This document shows positions 12,189 through 25,434 of a stretch of DNA of 64,000 nt, one piece after another. A model generated the notes under the pieces. The model was not told the origin of the DNA and did no database searches. It saw nothing but the letters and a program-made list of their open reading frames with translations. Position 1 is the first letter of the stretch. Each line of letters starts with the position of its first letter. The DNA comes from Squalus acanthias (lineage: Eukaryota). Both the position numbers and the translations under genes were made by a program. The stretch covers positions 122,824,001-122,888,000 of the forward strand of contig CM059431.1 in assembly GCA_030390025.1 (NCBI GenBank), read 5' to 3'.

Positions 12189-13550
12189 GGGGAGATTTTC
12201 AACCTGCGCCCAAAATGGTCTGTTGCACCTGATAGGTGAGTGGGAGAGAGGCACAAACCCTTTATTAGGATTCGTGCCTCATTTCTGTATGCTAGGCAAG
12301 TTATCAGCTACTCGCACTGATGATTCGCAGCTTGGGGAGGAGCAGAAATTCGAGCAGCAATGACACTATTTAAAGCCAGCCTGCAGCTCTTAATGGGGAG
12401 GCACACGTTCCTGTGCCGCATGCTTCAGACGTCAAGCTTGATACAAACGACGGTCAGTGTGAGTTCTGCAAGGGCCTCTTGATTTTCAGATGTCTTGGAG
12501 GTTTTGTAGAGGAGGAAGAAGGGCCTGTTTCCACTGGTGGAAGAAGGGTGCAAAAGTAAATAGCATGGCAACAGTGGTCAGTGGTCATCTGAAATTCTGC
12601 AAGGAGGCAAGGATGGGCTCGAGGGTTTGCGCACAGATGACAGCTGTGCTGGCGGCGGACTCCTCTACGCTCCAAGCCAGTGCATCCATGCTGTCGGGCA
12701 CCCTTGCCATTGCACCCATGAGCTCCATATGCATGCTCAGAGCCTGAGTATTCATGGCCGCTATATCGAGGTCCTCGTCCGAGTCCTGTGCAGCAGAACT
12801 CGTGTGCGTACTCACCCTCCAGGGAGATGGCCCCTGAGCTTCCCTTCCCCCATGGCGTTGCTGCAGCCCGCTGGGTCCCGGAGCTTCACCCACATCAGAT
12901 GCAAACCCCCTGCTCCCCTCCAGGGAACGCGTGGCCCCAGTGTCAGAAGGCTCCGGTATCCTCTTCCACCTCCTCTGGTGCGTCGCTGCCACTGGCAGGC
13001 TGAGGGACAGGCTGCTCAGCTGGTGGTTCACTATCTGAGAGCAGGAAGGTACAAGAGTGGCTTTAACATGAGGGCAGAGGGGCAGGAAGGGAGCAAGGAC
13101 TGGAGACAGTTAGTTAGATTGAAAGTGTAAAAAGCTGGTGTTTTGAGGGGGAAGTGGTATGAGAGAGGAGAGAAAGTTGATAAACATACCATTGCTGTCC
13201 CCCAAGGGGATTGGCCTCTCCAACGGCCACAGCACCTACAACCTGGCTCGCAATGAGTCTATGGACTCTCTCCTCCAATTCTGTGAGGGGGTGCAGCTCC
13301 GCCTGACCTTCTGCCATCCGCTGGGTCTCTCGGCAGTTATGTGAAAGCTTAACCTGCAAGAAAAAGGACATCGTGTGAGTGAGTGTGCAGCCATGTGTTT
13401 GGCAGATGTGCCTACCATAGTTGAATAGCTGTTAATATGTGCATGGTGTGGGATGTGCGAGTTTTATGAGATGGCCATAGTTGTTGGATGAGTGTTGGGC
13501 ATTTGGGTATTTACACCGTCTGTGCACAGAGTGAGGTTGAGATGGTTATC
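12189..13550 (-). mobile_element. Harbinger derivative with Myb-gene exons 2-3 (13353-13190, 13034-about 12580)
   Basis: Terminus gggggagattttc at 12189. Exon 2 reads VKLSHNCRETQRMAEGQAELHPLTELEERV between a CAG acceptor and a GTATGT donor. Exon 3 includes SAAQDSDEDL...MHMELMGAMARVPDSM...SVEES. Confidence 0.75.
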
Positions 13551-13639
13551 GGCAGCGATAATTAGCGCCGGGCGCTAAGCTTTGCGCCCAGCCAATATTA
13601 GCGCCCCAAAAGGGGCGATACCCAAATTTTCCACCTAAC

Positions 13640-14091
13640 TTTTTAAAATAGTTAAATAGAGCAAAAGAAATGTTGGTGTTCTCACATGGGGAAAAGGCAA
13701 AGCTGAAATAAAGATTTATTTTATAGTTTCTTAAAAGTTTAATTTTTATTCAATTTCACACTGCACAAAATTAAAATGAGTTTTCCAGGCGCTTAACATT
13801 CATTTAGCAGTCAATACACTGTTGAAACCCCAGTTCCCCCAATCTCTTTGGGTCTAACTTTTAGTGGGGAATTTAACAGCGTAATTACTGCGGAAGAGCC
13901 AAAAATGTTGTCAGTTTCAATGATTTAGGAGATTTCACTGATTGCCGGCTCTGTGGGAGCGGTTGGGGGGTGCGGGGTTGGGGGGGGGGGTGGGTGCGGG
14001 TGCACAAATCCCGAAGCTGCGGTCAGTTTCAAAGGCGGAATGTCGGCGAATGCTGCCAGTTCACCGTCATCCCGACCGCAAATTCCAGGCC
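13640..14091. mobile_element. Harbinger-like MITE fragment
   Basis: Right end gcaaattccaggcc; left end unclear. Confidence 0.5.
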
Positions 14092-17030
14092 ATGAAGTTC
14101 ACCACAGCTGCTGGGGTAAGACTCCTCCTCACATCTCTCTTACTCTCTGCTTAGTCCTGCACCACCTGTAGTCCAACACTGACAAGCCTACCCTCCCCCG
14201 CTGCCCATCACTCTCCTCCAATCAGAGCAGCACATTTCACTGTACCACCTTCTGCTGCTACTTGCACACTCTGCACCTGCTAATATCCTCAGAATTACTC
14301 TCCTCACGCCCCCACACCAGTGGCATCCTTCACGCACCATCCAAACAATGCTACGCTGACATGCACATCTCCACAACCTTTCAGCATGCCAGACATTTAC
14401 TTTCTTCTTGCAGGACAAGCTACCACACAACATGAGGGAGCAGACGCACACAGGAGGAGGGTCACCTTCATTTCAACTGCTGACCCCAATGGAAGAGGCC
14501 GCTGGTGATGTAGTGGACAGAAGACGGGCTGGAAGCATGGCAGGTGTCAAGGCCGCAGGATAGGTTCCACAGTGTGTTTGGCCATCTTACTCTCCTTTTC
14601 TGTCTCACTGAATCATCTCACTCACAGGCCGTGATTTTGCTGACCTCGGCAGGTCCCGACCCCGCTGCTGGCTCCATCCCGCTCTGTGAAATGACTGTCC
14701 CTTGATTGGGCTTGTTAAGCCCGACCCAGCACGTTTCCCAGCCAAATAGAGGAAGCGGGTCTGGTGAACTCATTTGATGACGCGTCATCAGCCAGATTCC
14801 TTAAAGGGACCAAGTCCAAATTTATTTTGACATTTGTGCTGTCAGTGTTCTACAGTATTGAGGTGCTGCAAACACTGACAAGCACTGCACAGAGGTGCAG
14901 GGCTGCACCCAGGCTCTCCCATGACACCCTCCATATGCTTATGGAGGGAGTCACAGCACGCAGGGAGGTTCTCTTCCCTTCCATGGGCGGAAGAGACCTC
15001 CCCAGGAGAGCAACACAGCCTGGTTGCACATTGCACAGGAGGGCACAAGCAGGGATGTCATCAGGAGGACCTGGGTGCAGTGCCGCAAACATTTCAATGA
15101 TCTCAGTAGATCATGAAACGTTAGTACAAAGCCACACACAACCTCATCCTGCTGTGCCTCTCATCACATCCCCATCACTCTGCCTTCTCTACCCTACTCC
15201 TGCACATCCTTACTCACACCAATTTATCTTGCACCTCCACCCATCCCTCTCTATCTACATTATCACATCCCCATCTCAGTAGCCACCCCTCACACTCACC
15301 CTCATCCTAGTCCAATCATATCAACTAACAACACACAAGGGTAGGCACTTGGGTGTTTTATGCAATGTTCATGTAAAGTTTCTGTTAATGTGCTGTCAAA
15401 CATTGAAATCTTTATTTTCAACACTTTGCGTTCTTGGACAGTTTTGCGTGCACCTTTGGAAGTGGCTTAGTGAGTGGCAGTGAATGGCGAGACATAACGG
15501 TACCCCCCCCCCCCCGCAATGGTGATGAGTGTGAAAGGAATGGCTTGGACATTGTAGGGATGCTTTATGGTGTTGGTGTGGGGCGGTGCCAACCTGGTGC
15601 ATCATGTGGCAGCCAGGGTGTGCAGCATCAAGTGAAGTAAATCTGGCCATGGTGAGGCCATCCCTGGCCTCCCGGGCAGCAATGTGGTTGGGTGCTAATG
15701 CCTTGTGTCCTGCGCAGCATCAGTTGATTGTGGAGAAGATTGGTGTTGTTGTTAGTGCTGCTGGTGTGACTGGTGCTGCTGGTGTTGGTGTTGATTGTGG
15801 TGAGATTCTGAGGACCAAGGTGAGAGAGTTTCAAGGCCACCCATGCTGATGGAATAGATGGCAGGTGAAGTAGAGATGACAGAAGCGATCTGTTAATGGT
15901 GAGAGAGATAATGAGGTCAGACTGGATGGAGACTTGTGTAAAGACTTTCAGCATGGTGAATCTGTTGTGGAAATGCAGTCAGGGAAAGCTTGTGGCTGAG
16001 GGAAGATATCTCTGTAAGGTGGGAGCCTTTACTTTACATTTGAAGCTGTGACTCAACAGCTGATTCAATGGCCACTGACCTCCCGCCTCAGCTTGACAGA
16101 CATGGTCCATGACCAGGTTGGACCCCATGGGCAAGCTGTCAAGTTCAAAAGGTAAGCTGAAAATCATTTTTAAGTGGGTCTAACCAAGCCACTAATTACC
16201 TGAATTGGGTCGCCCGCCGCTGCCTGTCGGGTCTGCTCAGCGTTGACAGATCCGACATCGTGAAAGGCGCGTGGGAGCGAGTTGACAGCAAGTTTCCAAC
16301 CCGCTGTCAAAAATATCAAATTCCCCACCCAACCCGCCACCAATCCCGCCTGCTGACCCCCCAGAAAATTCCAGCCATACACTTTGCATGACATCCGGGT
16401 GCTGCTTAGAGCTGCCACTCATCTCTTTCTGTTACCCCTTGCCACTAACGGTTAACCCTTTTCACTCGCTTCTCTTTCTAGGTCCATCACAATCACAGGC
16501 CCAGTCAGAGTAGAGGAAGAGCAGCACAGTCCACTTGAATACACACTTTCACTTGAGATTGACATTGTAAGCACCAGCTCAGAAACTGGCACCCGAGGGT
16601 CAGTTACAGGGATCTGCACTGGGAAATTCACAATTGTGGAGCAAGGGCAGGAGGCCCAGGAACCAGCTCACCAGAGGACAAGCTCATGTTCTAGCTCTGC
16701 TGTAGAGAACACAGATGAAGACCTCCAGAGTCTTGCCCATAGAAGAAGACTAATGGCTGTGCACCACCAACTGCTCAGAGCATTGAATTGCCTGCCAGCG
16801 AGCCTGCGCACAATGGCATACAGTATGGAGGAGTCCAGCTCCAACTTGTGTGCAGTCATCACACATGGCAGCAAAACAATACAGTTAACCATGGAGCATC
16901 TGGTCACCTCGACGCACATTGCAGCGGGCCCCTTAGTTATAGAGCCTTTGGTGACAGCTTTCACTGCTTCGATGGAAGCAAAAACTGATGCCATTCAGAC
17001 TTTAGCTTCTACCATCTCCTCCAGCACATT
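14092..17030 (+). mobile_element. Harbinger Myb-gene remnant (exon 2 from 14414, exon 3 from 16482), with another Harbinger derivative inserted in intron 2
   Basis: ttcttgcag|DKLPHNMREQTHTGGG and ttctag|gtcc acceptors. ORF 16636..17127 (SSAVENTDEDL...AVHHQLLRALNCLPASL...SMEES) resembles exon 3 of the other copies. Confidence 0.75.
14627..16376 (+). mobile_element. Internally deleted Harbinger (Myb exon 1 plus fused transposase N- and C-termini), copy 1
   Basis: Ends ggccgtgatttt / aaaattccagcc; flanks aca/ata. Myb exon 1 RAAPRLSHDTLHMLMEGVTARREVLFP...WVQCRKHFNDL is frameshifted. Collinear with 52255-54030. Confidence 0.85.
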
Positions 17031-18156
17031 TTCTGTGCCCAGATTCCTTGGTGAATTCCCTGACTCCCTTTGTCTCTGCATGTGTGATGGTTTGGCCAAG
17101 ATGAAAGCTCGTGATTCATTTGGCTGATCTATGCCTTTACAGATGGCACATCAAACGACATGTGTGCTTTGCGGGGTGATCTTGTAAAGAATCTGCAAAT
17201 ACATTTGACAACTTCTCAACATTGCTTTGCAGGTGTATTTTGCTCTGGGTTGTAGTCTTTCCAGTGCTGCCCAATATCAAACCCTCACTTCATTTGAATC
17301 TTCTTCATACTTGAGTGGATTCTTTGACATAAGAGTCGTTGCTTGTCATGATTTAGATAAATCCTCTGTGAAGATATGAATGTAGAAATCCGGATTCTTT
17401 GTACCCTGCACGCTCTGCCTTAACACACACACATAGAACAACTTTAATTCTTGAAATGTTAATTGTAACTTCATCACTGGAAAAATCAACAATCACATCC
17501 ACATCGACATAATACTATGTAACGTGTGTCCAGATTACAGTGAGTTGTGCATGGCACAAACTAACCTCATGTAATTGAGTTATGTACCTAATGTGGTTGT
17601 TTTAGCATTTGCTGTGATATATTTTTATAAATCAAAGTATCTTATTTTAGTTTGATTGCTAAATCTTAGCTGGCTGGCAGTTGTAGGGAAGTGGTTCTTT
17701 CCCTGAACTAGCCAATTGCTTACATTTTTAGCTTATGCAATTTGATGCTGATATTATAGTAAGAATGCTGCTCAAATGTAAGGAGTGTTATTATTGCAGC
17801 AATATTAACTGAAAAATAAACACCAAAAATGCAGATTTAAATAAAAAATGTAAACATATACTTGACCTTCTATCCCTTTCTCCCTCCTATTCTCTTTTCT
17901 TTCAATTCTCTCTCTAATTTTTGCTCTTTAAACTATAACTTTCCTTTTCCTTTCATCTAAACTAACTTTATTCTGTATCTATTCCAACATGTTTCTAACT
18001 TCATAAAAACAACTTTAAAACCTTTAACTTACCCTCTTTCTTTCTTCCCCTGTCCAAATTGGAGGTGGGAGCCAGTTCCAAAAAACTGGCTCTTGTTCGT
18101 TGACTAGTGTCTTCTGAGGCTATTTTGTAAGCGAATTAAAATACCTAATAATGTCG

Positions 18157-18465
18157 TGTCAGCCAGTGGCTCAGTGGGTAGCACCCTCGCCTCTGGGTCA
18201 GAAGGATGTGGGTTCATAGAAGAAGAGCAGGGGAGTTATCCCCGGTGTCCTGGCCAATATTTATCCCTCAATCAACATCACTAAATCAGATTATCTGGTC
18301 ATTATCACATTGCTATTTGTGGGAGTTTGCTGTGTGCAGATTAGCTGCCGCGTTTCCTACATTACAACAGTGACTACACTTCAAAAAGTACTTAATTGGC
18401 TGTAAAATGCTTTGGGACATCCGGTGGTTGTGAAAGGCACTATATAAATGCAAGTCTTTCTTTCT
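18157..18465 (+). mobile_element. tRNA-derived Deu-domain SINE with internal deletion and L2-type tail
   Basis: Head tggctcagtgggtagcaccctcgcctctgggtcagaaggatgtgggttca; body cctggccaatatttatccctcaa; tail ctatataaatgcaagtctttctttct. Confidence 0.9.
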
Positions 18466-19028
18466 AAATCTTAAGATTGACGTGGTTACATTATTGATGT
18501 GATTAAGCAACCAGTTATGTGTAAAAATGCATCAAAACAGAAGGAGGCTCTGCTGAAGTAGTGTACACATCAGCAACCCCTTGAGAGGTGCCTGGATATG
18601 TAAACTCAAGCTTTAGGAGTTAAAGTAAAAGTAACTAAATCAACCTCAGCTGGTCGTGACCTGAGCAACGTTCAGCTAGATCAAGCTGAAGAAATTTCAG
18701 ATGATTTTGGATTTTTGGCTCAGATTTGCATGTAGTCATGTTGTTAAATCTTGTTATCTTATCGTGATGTGATTGTTCTTTGTGTTGTTGCAGCTCATAG
18801 ATCTAAATCTCCATGTCAGTGATTCCAACATCAACAACGATTTTGCCTTTGGTCTTCTTGCTGACCTTTAATTTAAAAGAACATAGCTTGGAGAAGGTAT
18901 GAGAGATAGGAGAGCAATCCTCGATTTAATCAGAAATGAACAGAAAAAAAAGACAGCTAAATGTAAAACATTATGCTAAGTAGCTTTCATTTTTGCAGGA
19001 CATCAATAAATCACCTAAAATTAAAAAA

Positions 19029-19420
19029 AGGAAGAATTTGCATTTATATTGCATCTTTCATATCTTCAGGATGTCCCAAAGCACTCTTCAGCCTATTAAT
19101 TGCTTTTGAAGTGCAGTCATCATTGTTATGTAGGCAAATGCAACACCCTATAAGCACACAGCAAGGCCCCGCAAACAGCAGTGATGGTTAAGGAATAAAT
19201 GTTGACGAGGACACCAGGAGAAAGTCCCTACTCTTCTTCAAAAAGTTCCATGCAATCTTTTATATCTAACTGAACAGACAGACAGGGCTTCAGTTTAACA
19301 TTTCATCTGAAAGACAGCACCTCCAGCAATGCAGCATTCAGAATTGTCAGTCTTAGATGCATCAAGTCTTGCAGTAGGGCTTTCAACCCATAAGCTTGTG
19401 ATTCAAAGAAAAGCTGACGC
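19029..19420 (-). mobile_element. Older Deu-domain SINE copy
   Basis: Reverse-complement similarity to 18157-18465 and 4857-5078. Confidence 0.8.
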
Positions 19421-19899
19421 TAGGCAGAAGATTTGCTGTAGTAAATTTAACCCACTGTGTTTAGTTAACTATTAGATAACAAGCATATCCATTCTAAATG
19501 TAATATTATTTTCACATTTTACTTTATAATTGTAAAATCTTTCCTCTCATCCTTAGCTAAATAAAAGATAGAAGTTTAATTACAGCGCACGTTTACTCTT
19601 GCAATGTCCCTGCAGGGGGAGGCGTCAAGTGAAAGCTGTGAGGTACAATTTTTTTGCATAGCTTCTGCCGACCAACTGAATAGTAAGAAACAGGTCACAT
19701 ACCTTCCTGAATGGCTCATTGCACAAAGGGATTGAAAAGAAATAAATAAAAATGAGTTGAGTTGTTTACATAAATGGTTCACTGGATATATGCACCATTT
19801 AGTATGGTACAGAGGCTGGCCCACACAGACCAAGAAGGTTTTACATTAAATACTGGAGATGACTGTTGCTGATGAATGCTTAGAACATTTGTCATTTTT

Positions 19900-20035
19900 G
19901 TTAGGCAAGGGTATCAAGGCACATAGAACCAAGGCGGGTAAATGGAGTTAAGGTCTAGATCAGCCATGATCTAGTTGACTGGTGGAACAGGCTCGAGGGG
20001 GTGAATGGCCTACTCTCGTTCCTCTGTTCCTATGA
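19900..20035 (+). mobile_element. CR1 3' end
   Basis: gatcagccatgatct...ggaacaggctcgagggggtgaatggcctactc...ttcctatg. Confidence 0.85.
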
Positions 20036-20356
20036 CATTCCTCTGTCCTCAAATTTAACAAAGAAATTAGCCAGGAATCCCTCTCCTGACTACTATCCAG
20101 TACCCCCTGCTAAAAAGTGTACGAGTGTGTGTGGACATTAAATAAGGAAAGGTTTAGGTTTGGCTGCAATGTCTGCCCCAATGAGCTTGTTTGCCAGTGT
20201 TCATTAGCTAGCTTCACTCTTGCAGAATGGTCACTCAAGAAATATTTTAGGAGTCACATCTAGTATGAATCAGTGTCTTCAGGACAGAAGGGGAACACAA
20301 AAAGGAAAGATGAAACTGGGTAAAGGTATCACATTTACCACTGTTTGTCAAATGAT

Positions 20357-21100
20357 GGCCCAAAAATTCGGCCGTTCTCGGGTGAGTACTCAGTGCGTAC
20401 TCACCCGTATTCGTTCCCGAAGAGCCGGTTTCCTGCATGCACTGTGCATGCGCGGGAAACCGGCACTTCCGGTATGGCGAAGGGGGCGGTTCCTAAGTGA
20501 ACCGCGTGCAGCACACTTAGGTTTTTTTTCAGGTTTCAACGCGAGGGTAAGTATGGAAGATTCTACGCAAGTAAAAAGGAGGCGTAAGACCCCTTTTGAA
20601 CAAGGTAAATAGTTAATTAAGTATAATTTTAATTTTTTTTCAACAGGTTTATCTTTTTTAGAGACTTTAAAGAAAGGTAAGTTTATTTTTATAACTTTTA
20701 AAAAGTATTTTAATTTTTTCAAAAATTTAAATTTTTGTTTAAAGTGGTTAATTTATTTAACTATAGTTATTTTATTAATGTGATGGGTTTTTTTTTAATT
20801 TATTTGAGGTTTAGCTGTTCTTTTGGGGCCGATTTCAATTCATAGATTTGACAGGTCTTCCTGTCAAATCTATGAATGAAAGATGGTCTGCTGCCATTGG
20901 CTCTCCATGGCCCACGTGATCCCAGGGGTCGCATCGCACTAACTGCGCCCCTGGAACACGCAAGCACTGTGCGCCGGCACTAGGGAGAGGCCCAGGACCC
21001 TGAAGTTCCTGCGGGGGCAAACAAGAACGGCAGACGCGGTACGTGATATCGCGTGCGATCCTTACCCCCGCAGCAAGCCTCCGAATCGAATTTCTAGGCC
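20357..21100. mobile_element. Harbinger-like MITE, TSD GAT, with several internal palindromes (copy 1)
   Basis: GAT at 20354-20356 and 21101-21103. TIRs ggcccaaaaattcg / cgaatttctaggcc. A homologous inverted copy is at 36628-37391. Confidence 0.9.
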
Positions 21101-23479
21101 GATAAATTATTGGAAGACAGAAGGATACTCATAAGAAGTAATTTTCTGAATTCACACGCCGGTACAAAGCCTCATCTGGCAGAAGTGCATGTTGGAAATT
21201 TGAGCTGGCGATGCACATAGTTTTCCATTTAAATAGTTGTATAATTGGAGTGGTGTGTGCCTGAATTTCTGATCTAAGCTCCTGGTGGGTGAGGCTCCCC
21301 CTGTGGCAGCACAAGATTAGAAAATTACCCCAATAGATTTCAGGATATTAGAAAAGCTGTAAATATTAGCTGCTGAAGCTGCAAAGGAAAAAGCTTGTAT
21401 AACTTGTCACATAACAGTTTGTGTAAATTATTTATTACCTTGCGCCAGTGAGCTGATAGTGATTTCATCTGGCAATTTATTCCTTTTAGACACACCGGTG
21501 CTGTCAGTTTCAGAATTGTTCAAAAAGCATTTATTAATTTATGAGGTGAATTACACAAATTAGCACCATTTTGCAGGGAGAAGGAACTCCAACTGAGGCC
21601 AAATAAAATCAACCTGAAGCAAAGAACTCTGTGCTAAAATATCATCTTGGCACAAAACAATTTTTCAGTGTTATTAGTTGCATTTTCTACTTCGGAGTTC
21701 ACTCTGAAAAGATGGAAAGTTATGATCCAAGTACAGTTTTCCCTTTTCACCACATTATCCATCCCCATGAAAGTGATTCAAATTTCCCAGTTTAATTGGC
21801 AAATAAATTCTCCATGGCATGGAAGAGATTTGCCTCCTCTCCTCCTCCATCTTACATAGCATAACCACAGGACGCTGCCAGAGGCAACCAAATCAAAGAC
21901 AGAATTTGCTAGCAACTAGCAACTCTTATGTTGCTGCACCTGATGATTTTGTTGATGACGTAAAAACTAACCACGTCTCTCAAACATGTGAGTATAGAAC
22001 CTGGCAAGACAGGCTGTCCATTAGCTTGCATGGCTTTGGACTGTTCTAAGCCTGGAAAAATAAAGATGACTACAACTTAGGAACATGGAGAATTTGCAGC
22101 CTATCAAATCAGACTTCAAATATTCCATCTGTGAGAAAATATATCCTGTTGATCACAGAAGTTGACACTGGTGAAAGGTAGGGTTAAGCCTTCTTGAAGA
22201 TTTTCAAATGTCCATATGTACAATTATGAACATTTGTAACTGAATGAAGATGGACACCTTTATAGAGCAAGGGTAGGTGGACAACATCATGGTCAATCTT
22301 TCTCAACTGTTTTAATGACTGGGCCTTCTTACAACTGGAGATAACACATCATTTGTCCAGCTACTGCCCAATTCTGTTTATATGCGCTTATAATGGCTTG
22401 CTTGTTGGTAATCTTTCAGAGGACCACAACAAGCTGCTCCTTCCTCAACTGCTGCATGCAAATAATGTCGAGTTCCCTGGCAGATTTTATTTCTTCTCAT
22501 CTCGCCCACTGCCACTTCCCAGGACCACCATGTGGAAGATGGTGATAGGCTCCATGAAGTGGCAGTAATGGCCCAGACTTTTCCCAATGGAAGAAGGGGG
22601 CTTTATAGCGGCCTCCTCCAGTGAGCCCCAGAGACTTACCTGCTGAAGGAAAACTTCAAATTCTCAGATCTCCTCAACTCCTTTAAAATCCTTCACCACC
22701 ATTTCTGGTGCTGTAGTGGAGTCCTTGCTGCAGCATCAGTGGAGTTTCCTTGGTTACCCTGGTGGTCTCCCTCTTGACAGTGGGAAACCTGCCAGGAACC
22801 TGCCATACATGTGTAATGATCTCTGAGACAGGAAAGTGTGCCAGAGCTGGTGTGGTTACAGAGGTGAGAGTGGTCTTTCCAACCTGCCCAATCCCCACTC
22901 CCAAAGAGGAGAACACCATCTCAAGAATCTGAACATCCATTCCTGCAATAGATTTCCTACTGAAACTGCTTCCTTGTCCACTTCAAGCAAATGGTGGCGG
23001 GGGTGGAGGGGTGGAGGGGGGAATTTTTGTCTTTCCATCCCGCTTACCACCACATCCCAGAGCTGCTATATGGAAGGTGGTGGTAGGCCTCGGGAATCAG
23101 AAGTAAAGGATTAGCATTCTGCCAGTGGAGGTAGAGGGCCTCATAGCTGCCTTCTCTTACCTGCTAAAAGCCTCAGTCTCAACCCAAGTCTTCAGTGGGA
23201 GCCTGCCTTCTGACCTTAGGAGTGCTTCTGCCCTGCTGCCCTGTTACACTGGTGGGCTCCCTCGTGATAATGAGAATCCCGCAGGGACGATGCCTTGCGT
23301 ATGTAATAAGCTCCAACCCAGGCAATGATTCAGTGCTGGGTGGACATGGAGAGGCCGAAAGCTCACTCCAAAGAGGAGAATCCCTGCCTAAGAATCTGAA
23401 CATCCATGCCAGTTACAGCTTTCCTAAGATCAAGCTTTAGCAAGGGATGTTATTTTTTCTTCTATGGACCAGACTGATC

Positions 23480-24300
23480 TGATTGGGTTAGAAGATAAAA
23501 TAGCATAGAATGAGAAAAGGTATTTTGGCCCAGCAAGCCTAATCATTTCACATTCCATTTACAATCCACTCTATCTTGGGCTCTATCAAATCTATTTAAT
23601 CTTCTGAAGAAAGTATCTGTAAAGCTTCCTGCCCGCATCAATAGGTAAATCAAGCAAAATTCTGATATTCCTAACGTTATAATCCTACATCATTTATCTT
23701 TTATAAGTTGGTTTCCATGGTCTAATACTGTGAGGAACATATTGGGAAAATGCACACCCCCAGCTAATGATTTTCTACTATTTTTATGGGCAGAAAGCCA
23801 AGGGCTGGGGTGTATAATTTCCCGACATATACACCTGGCATGTATCAGGAGTACTGAAACGAGAAAATCTTCCTTAACTTTCCCATTGTCCCAGTAGCTC
23901 AGTATCATCTTCAGTCACATTCATAAGGAGATACGTTTTCATCTTTTTCAAGCCTATTAATTAATATAGCATTACCTGCTTTAGCTAGGAGATCTAGCTG
24001 AGGTGGTTGTCTTCAGTTCTGTGCACACAATTAATGTTAAGTAATTGCTTATTATCTGTATTATCCATTCCCCTAAACATTTTAAAATGCCCCCTCGCTG
24101 TCTTCTTTTCTCAAACAAAAACAAAATCAACTCTGACTGCCTTAAATCCTGTAATAATCCTTCTTGGTCTTCCCTCAGTTCTCCAATGCATTCACATCCT
24201 TTTAAAGCTAGGATGCCTAAAATCAAATTCAGTGTTCCTGATGTGACTTTTACTGCATTGTGTTCATACTTTTGATAATTCAGATTAGACTTCCAGGGGC
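23480..24300 (-). mobile_element. Ancient, highly decayed CR1-like LINE 3' region
   Basis: Reverse complement has traces of LFLFEKRRQRG (compare LFSLEKRRLRGD) and a 3'-UTR-like catagaa...ggcccagcaagcct. Confidence 0.55.
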
Positions 24301-24489
24301 TTTTCACAAATATGGATTTCAATAACTTAACCACAAATAGTGAGCCTTTGGACCAGTGATAGCATTTCCACCTGAGTCGGAAGGTGAAAGATTTGAGACC
24401 CACTTCAGACAGCCCTGGCAAGTGGAGGCTAGAATATGGTTTCTAAATACAAGGTTGACAGCTAGCAGGGTACTCGGGCCTGTATGGAG

Positions 24490-24835
24490 TGACCACTGGC
24501 TCAGCAGTAGTGTTCCGGCCTCTGAATCAGAAGAGTGGATTTGAGCCCTACTGCAGACGGCCCCACCGAGAATACTGGGTTGATGTCCAGTGGGTGTACT
24601 TGCATGCAATGGGTCCAGTTGTCCACCCCCCGCCCCCACTCCCCATCATAAAGGGTAGATGTGGCTCTTTTGCCTTGGTTTCAGCCCACCTAAGAGAATC
24701 TACCCCGAAGATAAAAACAGTGAGGAAGGCAACGGGAAACAGCTGCTGCTACTCTACCTTAGCAAGTGGATCACGAATTTCATGTGTAAGACTTGAGCCA
24801 GGACCTGCCCTAGAACAGAACACAATGGATGGATA
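24490..24835 (+). mobile_element. tRNA-headed SINE of a different family (possibly RTE-type tail)
   Basis: Head tggctcagcagtagtgttccggcctctgaatcagaagagtggatttgagccc; body unrelated to the Deu SINEs. Tail assignment is tentative. Confidence 0.55.
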
Positions 24836-25434
24836 GACCCACAGATATATAATGGACAGTTGGGCTCAGTGTTAGAAAATAGCTAAAAATGCTTTATTTT
24901 GGCCATTATTGTAGTTCCAAGTTTTGGCCAATATTGCAGCAAATCTTTCATCAAATAACTTAACTATACACTAATACAAATGTTTTGATGTGGTGTGACT
25001 GTCCTTTTGACTTGATAGGTAGCATTTTCCACTTTGGCAGCAAGCTAACGCCAGGAGTCCACCTTGTGAGGTGGTTGTGGGGGCAGGGGCGGGCGGGGGA
25101 TGGCGGAGCAGGTGTGGTTGGGGAAAGGACTACTGTAGGTCCTGGCCACCTGCATAGAGGAGTAGGACCAGCTGCCTGTCGGACAGAATAGGAAGACCAA
25201 CTTTCAACAAAAATTTAAAATTCACTGGATGAGGGAGTGCAGGCAATCATCCTGATTGCACTCCTGTGGAGAAAGGCTTTAAATGTAAAATCCCCTTCCA
25301 CCTGCTATAATAACACTGGACGTGAGTAGCATGTTGGAATTCAGTGCATACAGTGTTGCTTTGGCAGTAATTATTCAAAAAGTGGAACATAGCTTAAGTC
25401 CATCATTACTGCCCACTATATACCTGCCCATATT

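Noticed and set aside
21860..21986. Plus-strand candidate exon ending in GTGAGT
   Set aside because: It contains FVDDVK, resembling the RT FADDTK motif, and neighbouring sequence looks like a very old LINE.
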